The notes beneath the pieces are model-generated. The model did not search any database. It saw nothing but the letters and a program-made list of their open reading frames with translations, and was not told the DNA's origin. From Phyllosticta citribraziliensis (taxonomy: Eukaryota): 64,000 nt of DNA. Positions 24,621-37,318 of the stretch are shown piece after piece; positions within the stretch are counted from its first letter, which is position 1, and every line of letters starts with the position of its first letter. The stretch is taken from assembly GCF_038025025.1 (NCBI RefSeq), contig NW_027117347.1:1550001-1614000 (forward strand), read 5' to 3'. The position numbers were made by a program, and so were the translations under genes.

Positions 24621-25454
24621 GCCCTTTCCGGTGGGGTTCCTTTTTTGTTGCACGTGTACAGCGATTGTGAGATGATAGATGGGAAAGTCTGAATGATGGA
24701 ACGAGGATGATATACCAAGGAATGAGAAGGAGAGCTGCGGGGATTTGATTGAGAGAGTGGATTTACAGAGGATGAGGCGTGGAGCGACACTGAAGCGTCG
24801 GCATGACCTGATGCATTCATCCATCCGGCATGCATCAACTACTGCCTTCTCGTACTTTTGGAGAGGGAATTGCTTTTACCTTTGCCCTTCTCTTCTCTTT
24901 CATTCGTCAAACAAGCAAGCAACACGAGCGGCTGTTCTACGGATTCAGCCTTGCGTAATGCCATCACCTGTGGTCCTTTTAATTCAGACCACTTAATGCT
25001 TGAGCATTGTTCACTTCTTGTTTACTGCCTAACGACTCTATGTCAGTGTGTTCTTGGGTTGTGCTGTCTGGTCCAATCTCTCTGTGCAAGGAGGTATCAG
25101 CTCTTTTAAAACCCCACGCCTTTGACATCTTGTAAAATACATCTGTTTAGTACGCAGTGGATCGCATGCGCCTAGTCACTTTGCTATTAGGCGGACAAAA
25201 GATCACTATCACATTCACTTCACTTCACGAGCCTACATGTTTATTTCCGCTCGACTACTCCTGGACCAGTTCATCTCTCTTCTCACCTACCAGCCTTTAG
25301 GCCACAAAGCTCAAACACCATAACTGGCCCGCTACTTCGGTAGCCACTCCACGCCTCGGCCGCCAACACCTATAAAACTCCCTACCAAAAGCAAACGACG
25401 CTGCCTAGGAAATACGCAAATCCCCAGGCACCGCAATCAGCCGCACCTCACATC

Positions 25455-26260
25455 ATGGCAGAGCCACAAACACTCGACCCAGTAAGCTCACTCCCCTTCC
25501 CACATCTCTCTCACCACACCGACTCACCACAGCCCAGCCATCCCCACTACACCCCTCCCTCTTACCGCCGCCCCCACAGCTCAAAGACCTCGCCGCCCTC
25601 GTCGCCGCCCAAGCCGCCCACGCCTCCGCCATCGACGCCATCCTGCTCTCCTTCATCCACGACCGCGGCATCAGCGACTCCGCCGCCGCGCAGATCCCGC
25701 TGCTCAGCGCGCGCCTCAACGTCAACCGCTGCCGCCTGCTCGCCGCCCTGCTGGCGCCGCCCTTTTCTCCCACGACGACCACCGACCCCGTCGCCGCGGA
25801 GATGAGCATCCCCGACGTGCTGCGCACGCTGGGCTTGATGGACCGCGGCTTCGCGACGCAGCTGGCGCGCCTGCTCGCGCTCGGCAGCGAGGAAGACGCC
25901 GACGACGACGACGTCGAAACCGAGCAGCAGCGGCAGCGGCGCCAGCACGCCACGTGGTACACGCTCCAACTCGACGCCATCGCCGCCGCCATCCAGTCAA
26001 CCATGGCCCGCGAGAGCATCCGGGGTGACTGGCGCATCGACGAGCTGCGCGCCGCCATGGAAATCGACATCGAGGCGTACTGGGAGCAGGACGAGTGGCG
26101 CGCGGAGCGGCGCCGGCGCGACCATCCCGTCGGCGCGTATCGCGTCGACAAGTTTTTGAGGACGTTTGTGCATGATGATGATGAGCCGGCGGTTGTGGAG
26201 GATTGGGTTAGGCGCGGCGGGCATGTGAGGGATCGGCCCGGGTATTATGGGAATCCGTAG
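25455..26260 (+). CDS. Small hypothetical protein (about 235 aa), 2 exons
   Basis: MAEPQTLDP|GTAAGC...CACAG|LKDLAALVAAQAAHASAIDAILLSFIHDRG continues in frame into ORF 25802-26260. Strong C/G third-position bias and a TATAAAA upstream at about 25371. No recognisable family. Confidence 0.6.
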
Positions 26261-26664
26261 GGGCAGGTGGGGGGATGTGCGGTGGGTGTGCTGGGGAGGG
26301 GGACAGGGGAAGGGGGAGGTGGTTTGGTTGTTGGCTTGGATCAACGAATGGTGGATGGATTCTGGATTGGGGGCTTTTTTGAAGCGTGTTTCTTGCTAAT
26401 GAGAGACCTTGACTCTTGACTGAGTATATTAGCGACCGTCTCGGGCAATAGAAGGAACAAAAGGCGGATCGAATCCAGCTTAATAAGGTCGGAATGACAT
26501 CTATCTCCGCAATTGTCTTTTCCAGTGTGCTCTGGTCATGCACCTTTCGCCCTTGCTTTTCTTCGCCTAGAGTGCGCAGAGTCTCAGGCACCCAAAACTC
26601 AGCCATTCCCGCTCTTTTCAAATACCCTGTCGTTGCAAGCTGGCCAGAGGGCAGTCAGTGCTGC

Positions 26665-29537
26665 TTATCCTTCCAGCTTTGCCGCCACCATCTTGAGCAC
26701 CTCCTCCACGCCCTTGCCCACATTCGCCGGATCCTTCGAAACGGTCTGCCACACCTCGCCGTGCCTGGGCTCGCTGAGAACGCACTTGTTAACTACCTCC
26801 TCCCTCTTCTCCTCGGTGCCGTGCTGGCACAAAAATCGATAGTACCACGCCCACGTATCGCCCAAGTCGGCATCAAGCAGAATGGCCTTTTCGAACCACG
26901 AGGCCGCCTTTTCGAGACGTCGCTCGCCCCAGAAGATGCGCGCCACGCACACAAAGAGCACCGGGTCGTTGTCGACTTTCTTGATGGCTTCCAGACTGCG
27001 CGGCTTGCGCTGCGTCCGCGGCTCCAGGTGCCAAATCTTCTCGGCCCACAGTAGTCCGCTGTTGGGCACTTCCTGCAACGCTTGCGCCATGATGCTTTGC
27101 GCTGCCGAGATGTTGCCAGCGCGGCGCTCAAGCCGCACCGACTCGGTCCAGAGGTGAGGGTTCTTCTTGACGGCAAGACGCGCGCGGTCCAGGACGGAGC
27201 GCGCCTTGACGACGGCACCGGCGCGCTCTTCGAGCCGCGAGAGAAGGAGATAGAGGGGCACGGATTGGGGACAAGCGCGCGTGCCGGCTTGGTAAGCTTC
27301 GCGGGCCTGTGGAATTTTGGCGAGTTGCTCGTAGATTTGGCCCTTTTGCATGTGCAGCTTCGGCTCTCTGGGAAAGAGTTGCAGACCTTGGGTGGCCAGG
27401 TCGAGCGCTGCATCCAGGTTGCCGAGTTGGCGCTCGTATGCCACAGACCGGTACCACACGCGGTTGGTGCCTGCTTCGCGCCGTGCAACCATGAGCAGTT
27501 CCCGCGCCTTGTCGTGGTTTCCGTGCTCGGCTTCCATCTTGACGGCTGCCAGCCAAATGTCTTCGTTGTTGGGATTTTGCCTAAAGGCTCGACTGATGAC
27601 GTCGCGAGCCTCGTCGATTTGGCCTGCTTGCTCGCGCTCGCGGGCAAAGAGGAGCCAGAGCTCTTGGGCCGCTGGACAAGCCTCGACGGCCTTTTCCAGC
27701 AGGTTCCAGAGACCTTCTTTTGTGCCGTGGTTGCGCTCGAGCTGGACAGCTGCCGTCCAGATTGACTTTGACGTTGGGAAGATTCTGAGAGCGTAGGCGT
27801 AGATGGCGCGAGCAGTCTCGTATTTGCCTCGTGCAATGCTTCCGCGTGCATCTTCCATGAAGATTTCTTTTCTGTCGTCGTCCTCATCCAGGCCCCAACT
27901 GAGAGTTTCCTTGATGATGGCCTGGCAAGAGATGACCATGCCGTCATCTTCGCACTTTTCAGCCTCGGTAATCCATTCCTCGCGCTTCAGCATGGCCGAC
28001 TCTTTTGCAAGCGATTTGATTCCACGCGCCATGACTTTGAAGACCATGTCTGTCTTGCCCTGCTGCTCTTGCAAGATGGCAGCAGCTCGCCAAATTTCGT
28101 GGCTCGTGGGAACAGCTTTGCGGGCCTTGTTGAGTACCAATTCAGCATTATCCACAGTCTCTAAGCGCGCAAGAGCAAGCCAAAGCTCTACTGAAAGAGG
28201 GATGATCTCGGTGGCTTTGGCGAGCATGAGACGTGCATCCGCGGGATCCTCTTCCAATGCAATGGCAGACTTCCACAAATCCACACTCTGAGGAACGGCA
28301 TCCAGAGCCTGCCGCAATACCCTCTTTTTCGCCCTCAGGTCTGTTTCCAAATCTGCGGCTGCTTGCCAGAGACGCGCAGATGTAATGTTGTTCTTGATGG
28401 CGTTGGCTGCGATGATTTTGGCATTGTGATTGTCGTTGAGGCGAATGTTTTCCAGCCAACAGTCGACCGACTTGGGGCAATGTTCACAGCCTCTTGCAAT
28501 AGTGCTTCTCGCCGCCACAATCCTTCCAGCCACCTCTTCAAGACGTGCTGCCGCGATCCAGCCAGGGCCGTGTTTGGGGTTGGTCTTGATGACAGACTCC
28601 AAAAGCTCTCGAACGCGCTTGATGTCTCCCACGTTGACTTCTCCCGACTGGATTTCCGTTTTTGACAGACTCGTGAGGTAGCCTTTGGGATCGATACTGG
28701 AAGACGTGCCTCCAACTGCCGTCTCGGTCCCTGGTTGTTGCGTTGCCTGGTCCAAACGGACTTGGAGCACCTTTTCACGGGCCGCTCCAATGTCTGCAAA
28801 ATTGGTCATGGTGCCGTCTGCATTCTCCGACTCGCCGGAGGGTATACTCGTCTCCAGCTGGGACGAGTCGCGCGCTGATGCAATGACGCTGTCCGGCACG
28901 GCGTAGAACCTCTGCCTCATGTTTTGCTTCTCCCTCCGGTTCTTGCGCGTCAAGTCTCCAACCTCTGGCAGGCTCGCCCATTCCTCTTCACTGACGCTGC
29001 TCAGTGCGCGTTTCAGGTCGGCAAACTGTTGCTGGATTTTGGGATTGTTTCGTTCGTATTCTTCGCGCTCCGCCTTTTCGCGGGCCTCCCTAAACGGATT
29101 CAAGGTGTCGGTAGCCTGTCCATGCAAGTTTGATAAACCAAATGCCCCAATTCGACTGGGAACAAGGAAAGGAAGACCAACCTTCGTGCTTTTCTCCGCT
29201 TGTCCATGCGGTCGTCCACCTCCTGGTATATCCTGTCGGCCTCGTCATCGTCGCGGTCGTAGGTGCCGCCTGCAAACAAGCCGACTTCGTTCTCGGGATC
29301 TTGAAATCGCTCGTCGTCTTCGTCTTCTTCCTTTGCGGGCGCGCCGTAAGCCGTGGGCGGTGCCTGGCCAAGCTGGGCTGCGCGTTTGGCGAGCGCTTCC
29401 TTGATCTGCTCCTCCGACGGCCCTTCGCGCGCAGGACCCAAGTCGGAGCGAGTGGTGAAGCCGGTGGCACCACGGCCAAGACCGGCGACGTAGTTTTCTG
29501 GCGCAGGCTGGTTGAGAAAGTCCCGGCGACCTGACAT
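26665..29537 (-). CDS. PRP6: Pre-mRNA splicing factor Prp6/Prp1 (U5 snRNP HAT/TPR protein), 2 exons
   Basis: MSGRRDFLNQPAPENYVAGLGRGATGFTTRSDLGPAR (PRP1_N), NPKHGPGWIAAARLEE, HAT repeats and C-terminal EPRHGEVWQ. Confidence 0.96.
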
Positions 29538-29996
29538 GATGTGGCGATGACTGTTGTGATTGTTTGTTGGACTTGAGCCTGGCCAAGGTGGATGAAATGT
29601 TAAGCCCTAACCACGAGCCGCTAACCGCATTAGGTGAACAGCTCTACCCCAGCTTCTACCCACGGGATGCAGTCGGCAACAAACCAATATTTCTCCCTCC
29701 GTCTGCTTCATGGCAGAACTGCCTCATTCTATCATCATGCACCTACGCTTCAATAATACTTGGGCAATGCACTGCTCTCCACTGAGATGTGTCAGCACCA
29801 CTAAGCGTTCCGACAGTGCGGGCTTTTTCAGGGCGGCGGCGGGCACGCGCTTACCTTGCAGTACCATGGTCTCCATCATGGAACCACCAAAGCTGTCCCT
29901 CGGCGCCCCAGCAAATTTGAACTTTCTACGAGTATCTCTCAAAATTCGACATGGAAGCTCCATGAACGGAACCTCTCGGCCCCTCCCGCCAGCCTC

Positions 29997-30038
29997 ACGC
30001 GTCGAGCCCCCGACGCGTCGCCAACTCGCGTCCACGCG
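29997..30038. promoter_or_regulatory. Cluster of four MCB-like elements upstream of dim-2
   Basis: ACGCGT at 29997-30002 and 30013-30018, TCGCGT at 30026-30031 and ACGCG at 30034-30038, about 170-210 bp before the inferred ATG at 30208. Confidence 0.5.
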
Positions 30039-30207
30039 GGGTCCTAGTACATAAACTCCAACACTCCGACGTCCACATGGTTTACTTTGAAAGCCCATTA
30101 CTTCAGCAGCCATTCATCACTCCTTCGTCTTGAGAACAGGCATTGATCACCGCCTGGTTGTCTTCATCCAACCCGCTCCACGTGTCATTCGGCTCGCTGC
30201 ATTTACA

Positions 30208-33200
30208 ATGCCAGCAGAGCTTACCGAAGGTTCGTTTGCCCTTGCGTATGAGCTGCAACTCACCCAGTCTGCAAAGTACAACCCAAGCTCAACTAACCAT
30301 GCCCACAGAGGATGTTTTTCAAGCCTGGAACGACGACGTTGCTACACGAAAGCGGCCGGAGCTGGATGAGGCCCCATTGCTTGAGGCTGCTGCATCTGCC
30401 GTAGCAGTTTCATCCGCTTCCCAACGCCCCAAGAGCGGCTTCAGCACACCTTCGACACCGGTTGAAGCTCAAAAAGGTTCCGGATACGCAACGCCACGTC
30501 AATCAAATGTTGAGATCCGCCAACCACAGCTGGTGTTCCCGGCATCTCACTACGATGGATGGAAGCCACCGATGCCGCCAACGCTTGAGGATGAGTTGGT
30601 GGAGGAGTTGCTCTCCGAAGATTGTGATACGGAGTATCAAATGGTCTCTGTGTCGAATTTCCGCATGTATCGGCCGCCCGCGCCTGATCGGAAATTTGCA
30701 AATTACGAAGGGGAGATGGAGCCTCTTCACGTCGTCTCGGCCAAGCGGAGCTGCGATTCTCTACTTTTTGATGCGACCATATCTACAAGCCGAGGCGAAA
30801 AGTATGTCCAAGGAGTTCCCTTTCAAACATTGGCAATCGATGCCTACAACCCCGATCTCCCAACTGCAGCCGGGCGTATTTCAATTCAATCGATGTCCGC
30901 CTCTGATACCAGACTCTGGTATCTCCTGGATGGATCACCATCGCCGGAATATGAGAGATACCACCGCGCATTCCTCTGGGTCGCTGACCTTGCCAAACAC
31001 GCGGTTGATTACATGAGTGAAAATGACAACGTCACGCTCTCGGATTTTCAGCGCAACTTTTACGTTTGGATCACGAAGCGCCATGGTCGCCAGGGCCCAC
31101 GTGCAGGTCCAAATCATTTTGAAGCTTGGCTAGCCCAGTTTCAGGGCAAAGATTTCCGCAGTGCCATTGTGGCATATGCTGAATTCATCTGGAAGGAGTG
31201 TTCCTCAGTCAACGACACGCTGTGCCGTGAGCCACTCTGGAGGGACATCAACTTCATTCCAGACAAGACATCTCCTCCGGAAGAACAGCAAACAATCGTT
31301 ACGCCCTTCGTATTCCGAAACTTTGCACACATGCCATTCCATAAGCATCTCGCGATTAAGAGTCCTACAGCTTTGCTGGAGAGGCATGATACGGCCCGCA
31401 AACACAAAATGGGCTTTTCTGATGCGAATGCCCACGCAGTTACCAAGTCTCAGACCCAGACAGACCTCAAGGCCAACGCACAGAGCAAAGTCAGCACAGC
31501 GGATCTAAAAATCAAAGAAGGCGATTGCGTTGCCATTGAGCCAGATGAAGAGACTCGGTGGAGAGATGGCGCCGAAATGTGGTACGGCTATGTCCAGGGT
31601 GTCCAAGGAGAGCGATGCAAAATTCTCTGGCTGTATGAGCCACAGCAGACGATTCTTTCCGAGAGAAAACCCAGTGGGGAGAAAGAGACAGTGAGATATC
31701 CATATCCCAACGAACTCTTTCTATCCGACCACTGCAATTGCCGTAGTGCGCCGACTTGGAAGAAAGACATTGTTCGCAAGGTAGCGGTGAACTTCCTGTA
31801 CGGGCCGACCGCAAATTCCAGGAAGCCAGGGGAGTATTTCGCCCGCCATAAATACAACCGCAACGAGCACTCCTTTCTGAGTTTGAAGGAAGCCGACTTT
31901 CGTTGCGCTTGCAAGAAGGGGAACTCACTCATGGATGAAAGCATGCTGAAATACTGCTGTGGCGACGTGGTCTTGGTGCGTCCTGGGCGTTTGACCGACA
32001 GCGATGTGGATTCGCAAGACGATGTAGAAGATGATGTGGATTCTGAAGAGGAATCTCAACACCGAATCAGCCGGCAGTCTGGACAAGAGCTCCTGGAACC
32101 TGTTGCGGTTGTCAAGTTCATCCCTAAGCGATCCACCATCTCTGTACGCAAGCTTCTGAGGCGTAACAGAGATCTGAAGGATGTCAAGGCTAGGCCGAAC
32201 GAACTTGTGTGGACAAACGAAATTCACCAAGTGCAGGTCGGCGCTATCTCTGACTCTCACCCACGATGCCATGTCCGCTGGTACCATGAAGACCAGATCA
32301 CTGCCAACAAGATTCCCGCACCATACAACCGTGATGGTTGTGCAAACTACTGGTACCTATGTTCCCACATTGTCAACCACAATGGCGACGAATATTGGGA
32401 ACGATTAGACGCCCCTCCGCCTGGTCTGAACCAAGGATGGGATCCGCTTCAAGAGTCAGCCAGGTCACTCAAGGGCCTTGATGTCTTCTGTGGAGGAGGA
32501 AACTTCGGTCGTGGGCTTGCTGAGGGCGGGGCTGTGGAGATGACCCATGCTATTGACTGGAGTCGCAACGCAGTGGCCTCTTATCGCACGAACGAGCCGC
32601 GAGGCAAAGAAGCGTCCCTGTATTGTGGCTCTGTTAACGACTACCTGGCTCAAGCAATACAGGGCCACAAGAACCACCAAAAGTACGCGAGCAACAACGA
32701 CATTGATTTCATCGCGGCCGGCAGTCCCTGTCAAGGCTTTTCCAGACTGAACGAGAACAAGTCGAGCGAGCAGTCTCTTCGCAACATCTCCATGGTCGCT
32801 TCGGTGGCTGCCTTTATCGACTTTTATCGTCCAAAATACGCTTTGCTGGAGAACGTGGTAACAATGGCACATTCTGACGTCTTCCCCCAGCTACTTTGCT
32901 GTCTTGTTGGAATGGGCTATCAGGTCTCGACCTCAATGGTAGATGCATGGTCTCATGGCAGTCCTCAGGCGAGGTCAAGACTGTTCATCTACATCTCAGC
33001 ACCCGGACTGGCTCACCAGCAACCACCTGCGCTGACCCATTCACATCCACCTCAGTACAATTCAAGAGCAAGAGCTCTGGGCCGGTCTCATGCTAATGAT
33101 GGAAAATTTGGAGAGCGCGACTTCACGCCCACACCATTCAAGTTTGCTTCGGCGGCTGAAGCCATGGACGACCTTCCTTGGATTGGAGATGGTAGAGTAC

Positions 33201-34268
33201 AGACGTGTATCTCGCATCCCAGCCACAGAAACCTTCAGGTGGAAACGGTCCGTTACCGTCAATTGATCTCCCACATCCCGATCAATCCCCCAGGCTCCTC
33301 AGCCATGAGCGCCATCGGGAGCGGCGCAATGCCAGAGCCAGTGAAAGACTGGTACTTGACAAAACGTTCAGATCTGAAGTCTTACAAGGGCTCGAATGCT
33401 TACCGCCGTGTCGTTGGTGACGAGCTGACGAACGTCATTACAACCTCGACCAACCAAGCCGACGCAAAAAAATGGGCGGGTGCTCCATTGGAGGCAACAT
33501 CGTGTGCTCACCATACTCGAGGCTCGTCGCGCTCAGGGGTTTCCCGACCACGAAGTCATCATTGGATCGCCACTTGAGCAGTGGAAAATCGTGGGAAATA
33601 GCGTCGCCCGCACCGTGGCGCTGGCTTTGGGTGCGACGCTGCGGGAAGCATGGCTCTCCAGCTCTGAGCAGCATGAAGACCCCAGAACTTGCACTCCTGT
33701 CTCCCTCGTCGAATCATGTGCCTCTCCGATCTCAACCGTTGAATCTGCGACTGGCCAACGGAAAGCGAGCCCGAGGCCTAGATCAACAACGCCAATTTGC
33801 CGGCAGACTGTTGAATCGACCTTGTCAATCACACAGAGCTCAACATCGCGGGAGACGCGCAAAACGAGATACACGCAAGACACGTTGGAGCTCTCGCAAA
33901 AGACCACGACGCGTACTGTGATGAGTGTGCCCAGCAGCAGCTCTACCGAATCTGCTGTTAAGCTTGAGGAGAGTGAGAAGATGGCTGAAATAGTTGATCT
34001 GAGCAGCGAATCAGAAACCGAGGAGCACTCTGCTGGTGAAACCCAGTCAACAACTACCACAAGCAGTGGACCTCCAGGAAGCAGAGAGACCTTGATTATC
34101 GACCTTTCTGAGGACACGACCGACAGCGAATGTTCTGCGGCGCCCAAACGCAAGTCCAGGTCGTCGTCAAGTGAGCTCAGCCATGACGCTACTGCGAAGC
34201 GTCCAAAGAAGGAGCCAGAACCCACCGTCATCGATCTGGCAGACTTGACTGACGAGTCGTCTGAATGA
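30208..34268 (+). CDS. dim-2: DIM-2-type DNA (cytosine-5)-methyltransferase with BAH domains; +1 frameshift at 33466-33472 in this sequence
   Basis: Probable first exon MPAELTE plus intron 30230-30308. BAH-like segments (WLYEPQQT...YPYPNELFLSDHCNC; ARPNELVWT). Motif I LDVFCGGGNFGRG, motif IV AGSPCQGFS, motif VI LLENV and motif VIII PQARSRLF lie in ORF 30143-33577. Motifs IX/X (LTILEARRAQGFPD, QWKIVGNSV) are present only in the shifted ORF 33480-34268. Confidence 0.9.
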
Positions 34269-35262
34269 TCTGGAATCACGACGACACGCATTCAAGATGG
34301 ATTTTGGGCGGGCTAGATTGGAGGCGTTCAAGGACAAGAGAAATGGAAATGGAGATCGGAACAGGATAGGATAGGCGTTTCGGGGCCGGAAGGAGAGGGT
34401 CTGATTGCATCGTATCAGAGTCCTTGGAGAACGGCGTGTGGGAAAAGTCATTCAAGCATAGGGAGGCGTTCAAAAGTGTCGTAGAGCATGGCATATGCAT
34501 TCGGCCACGGTGTTCTTCATACAGCAAAGTGGGTATCGAAAGACAAATGGCTCCCACGCACGACTGGTGAGAGCGCGATACACATTCAATCAAGAATTTG
34601 AGTCTTCAGGAGGCGTTCAGAACCAACTTTGCCCAAGTAATCAAAAGGAAATGACGAGTTGTGGCACTGACGTTGTGGTGATTCAGGCTACCTCTCCAGC
34701 TTTCATTGCAGTTATTCGCATCCGAAGCGACAAATGCCTTGGGTCGAATTGGCTGTGGGGATGGGGACAAAGTAAACCTCATGTAATCAAATTCCTGCTG
34801 CCTGTGGATGACGACTCGGTGTGGCGCAGGTACCGTCGTGGCGCTGGTTGCATGCGCCTGGTCTTGGCAGATGAGAGACTGCTTTGACGCTCAATGGAGA
34901 AGGGAGGAATTGAATGAAGCGTGAGATGTCTGAAAGAACCGACTTCTAGAACGCTCCCCGAGATGTAGGACGCAGACGTGATGGCAGAGAGTCGGCGGCA
35001 AACCGGCGGCAGCTCAGCTCAGCCCCGCGATGCGGATACGTCAGGGAGCGCCGGGTCCCGGTCCGCTGCAGCGGAGTGTGCTGTGCTTGAAACCACGCCC
35101 AACGCCCATGCCCAACTCTCTCTCGGTCTCTCGTCTCGCTCACGTCACCGACATCTTTGCGCTCCCTCTGCCAAGTCAATTCACATCCACTGCCAGGCAG
35201 ACACTCAGCCCTTATACCCCGTCACCCACCCTTCCATTCCGCACCCTCCCCCCACCTCCACC

Positions 35263-37318
35263 ATGAACGTCCTCAAGCTACAGCGCAAGTACCCCCAGTT
35301 CGACCAGTCCGAGATCTACTCCCTGAGCGACGCCTTTCGCAAGCTCGACGTCGAAGACAAGGGCTACCTGGATGAGGCGACCGTCATCAAGGCTACCCAG
35401 ACTGCCGAGAGGCAACCCTACGATGTCGTCAGACAGGCGCTGAAGGAGGTCGAGCTGGACAGCTCGCGGCGCGTCGAGCTCGAAGACTATGTCGATGCAA
35501 GTCAACACCTCTGATTTTGCTGTGCCTCTGCTGACAATACTGCTCCAGCTCATTTCCAAATTGCGCCAGTCGTCACCCGCCCAGCAGCGCATGCACACGG
35601 GTCCGACGCGCCCGCGCGGCTTGAGCGGCGCTGGTGCGCCCACCTCGCCCACCGTCCTCGGCCACAGGTCGCAAGGAAGCCACGGCGGCGGCAGAATCCA
35701 AGTCCAGGGCTCGTCGGCCAACGTTACGCACACCATCAACGAGGATGAGCGCACCGAGTTTACGCGCCACATCAATGCCGTCCTGGCCGGCGACCCGGAC
35801 ATCGGGGACCGCATTCCTTTCCCCACCGACACGTTTGAGATGTTTGACCAGTGCAAGGACGGCCTGGTGCTGGCCAAGCTCATCAACGACAGCGTTCCGG
35901 ACACGATTGATGAGCGTGTCCTGAACCGCCCGGGCAAGAAGATTTCCCGTCTGAACAACTTCCATATGACCGAGAACAACAACATCGTGATTGAGTCGGC
36001 CAAGGGTATTGGATGCTCTGTCGTCAACATTGGTAGCCAGGACATTATCGAGGTGCGCGAGCACTTGATTCTGGGTCTGATTTGGCAGATTATCCGCCGC
36101 GGTCTTTTGGGCAAGATCGACATCAAGCTCCACCCCGAGCTGTACAGGCTGCTGGAGGAGGACGAGACGCTGGAGCAGTTCCTGCGCCTGCCCCCTGAGC
36201 AGATCCTGCTGCGCTGGTTCAACTACCACCTCAAGAATGCCAAGTGGCATAGAACGTAAGAAATCGTGACTGTATGGCGGGGCCTAGCTGACGATTGTAG
36301 TGTCTCCAACTTTTCCACCGACGTCAAGGACGGCGAAAACTACACGGTCCTGCTCAACCAATTGAAGCCCGACATTTGCTCCCGTGCGCCCCTGCAGACG
36401 CGCGACCTTCTCCAGCGTGCCGAGCAGGTACTCGACAACGCCGACAGGCTCGACTGCCGCAAGTTCCTGACGCCCACCTCGCTCGTGGCCGGAAACCCCA
36501 AGCTCAACCTGGCCTTCGTCGCCAACCTGTTCAACACGCATCCCGGCTTGGACGCCATTACCGAGGAGGAGAAGGCCGAGATTGAAGACTTCGACGCCGA
36601 GGGCGAGCGCGAGGCCCGTGTCTTTACGCTGTGGCTCAACTCGCTGGACGTCCAACCCAACGTGCAGTCCTTCTTTGATGACCTGCGCGATGGACGCATC
36701 CTTCTGCAGGCCTACGACAAGGTGATTCCGGGCTCAGTCAACTGGCGACACGTCAACAAGCTGCCCCCGTCGGGTGGCGAGATGATGCGCTTCAAGGCCG
36801 TCGAAAACACCAACTATGCGGTCGAGCTCGGCAAGCAGCTCGGCTTCTCCCTCGTGGGCATCCAGGGCGCCGACGTGACCGACGGCCAGCGCACGCTGAC
36901 ACTCGGACTGGTGTGGCAGCTGATGCGCCGCGACATCATCAACACGATCTCCGGCCTCGCGCAACGCCTAGGCAAGCGCGACCTGACCGACTCGGACATG
37001 GTGAAGTGGGCCAACGACACGGCATCACGAGGCGGGCGGTCCTCCGCGATCCGCAGCTTCAAGGACTCGTCGCTGGGCAAGGGTATCTTCCTGCTCGACG
37101 TGCTCAACGGCATGAAGAGCTCGTACGTCGACTACGACCTCGTGGCGGCCGGCCGCACGCCCGACGAGTGCTACGCCAACGCCAAGCTCGCCATCTCCAT
37201 TGCGCGCAAGATGGGCGCCACCATCTGGCTCGTCCCCGAGGACATTTGCAGTGTGAGAAGCAGGCTCATCACGACGTTCATTGGCAGCTTGATGGCGACG
37301 GCGGAGCGCATGGGTTGA
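35263..37318 (+). CDS. SAC6: Fimbrin (actin-bundling; EF-hand plus 4 CH domains), 3 exons
   Basis: MNVLKLQRKYPQF, THTINEDERTEFTRHIN, LPPEQILLRWFNYHL, EGEREARVFTLWLNSL and NAKLAISIARKMGA. Introns 35497-35548 (GC-AG) and 36256-36300. Confidence 0.96.

Noticed and set aside
30143..34268. Alternative identity as RID/Masc1, or RIP-inactivated dim-2
   Set aside because: Length, two BAH-like regions and the FCGGGNFGRG motif fit DIM-2. There is no accumulation of stop codons or AT enrichment suggesting RIP.
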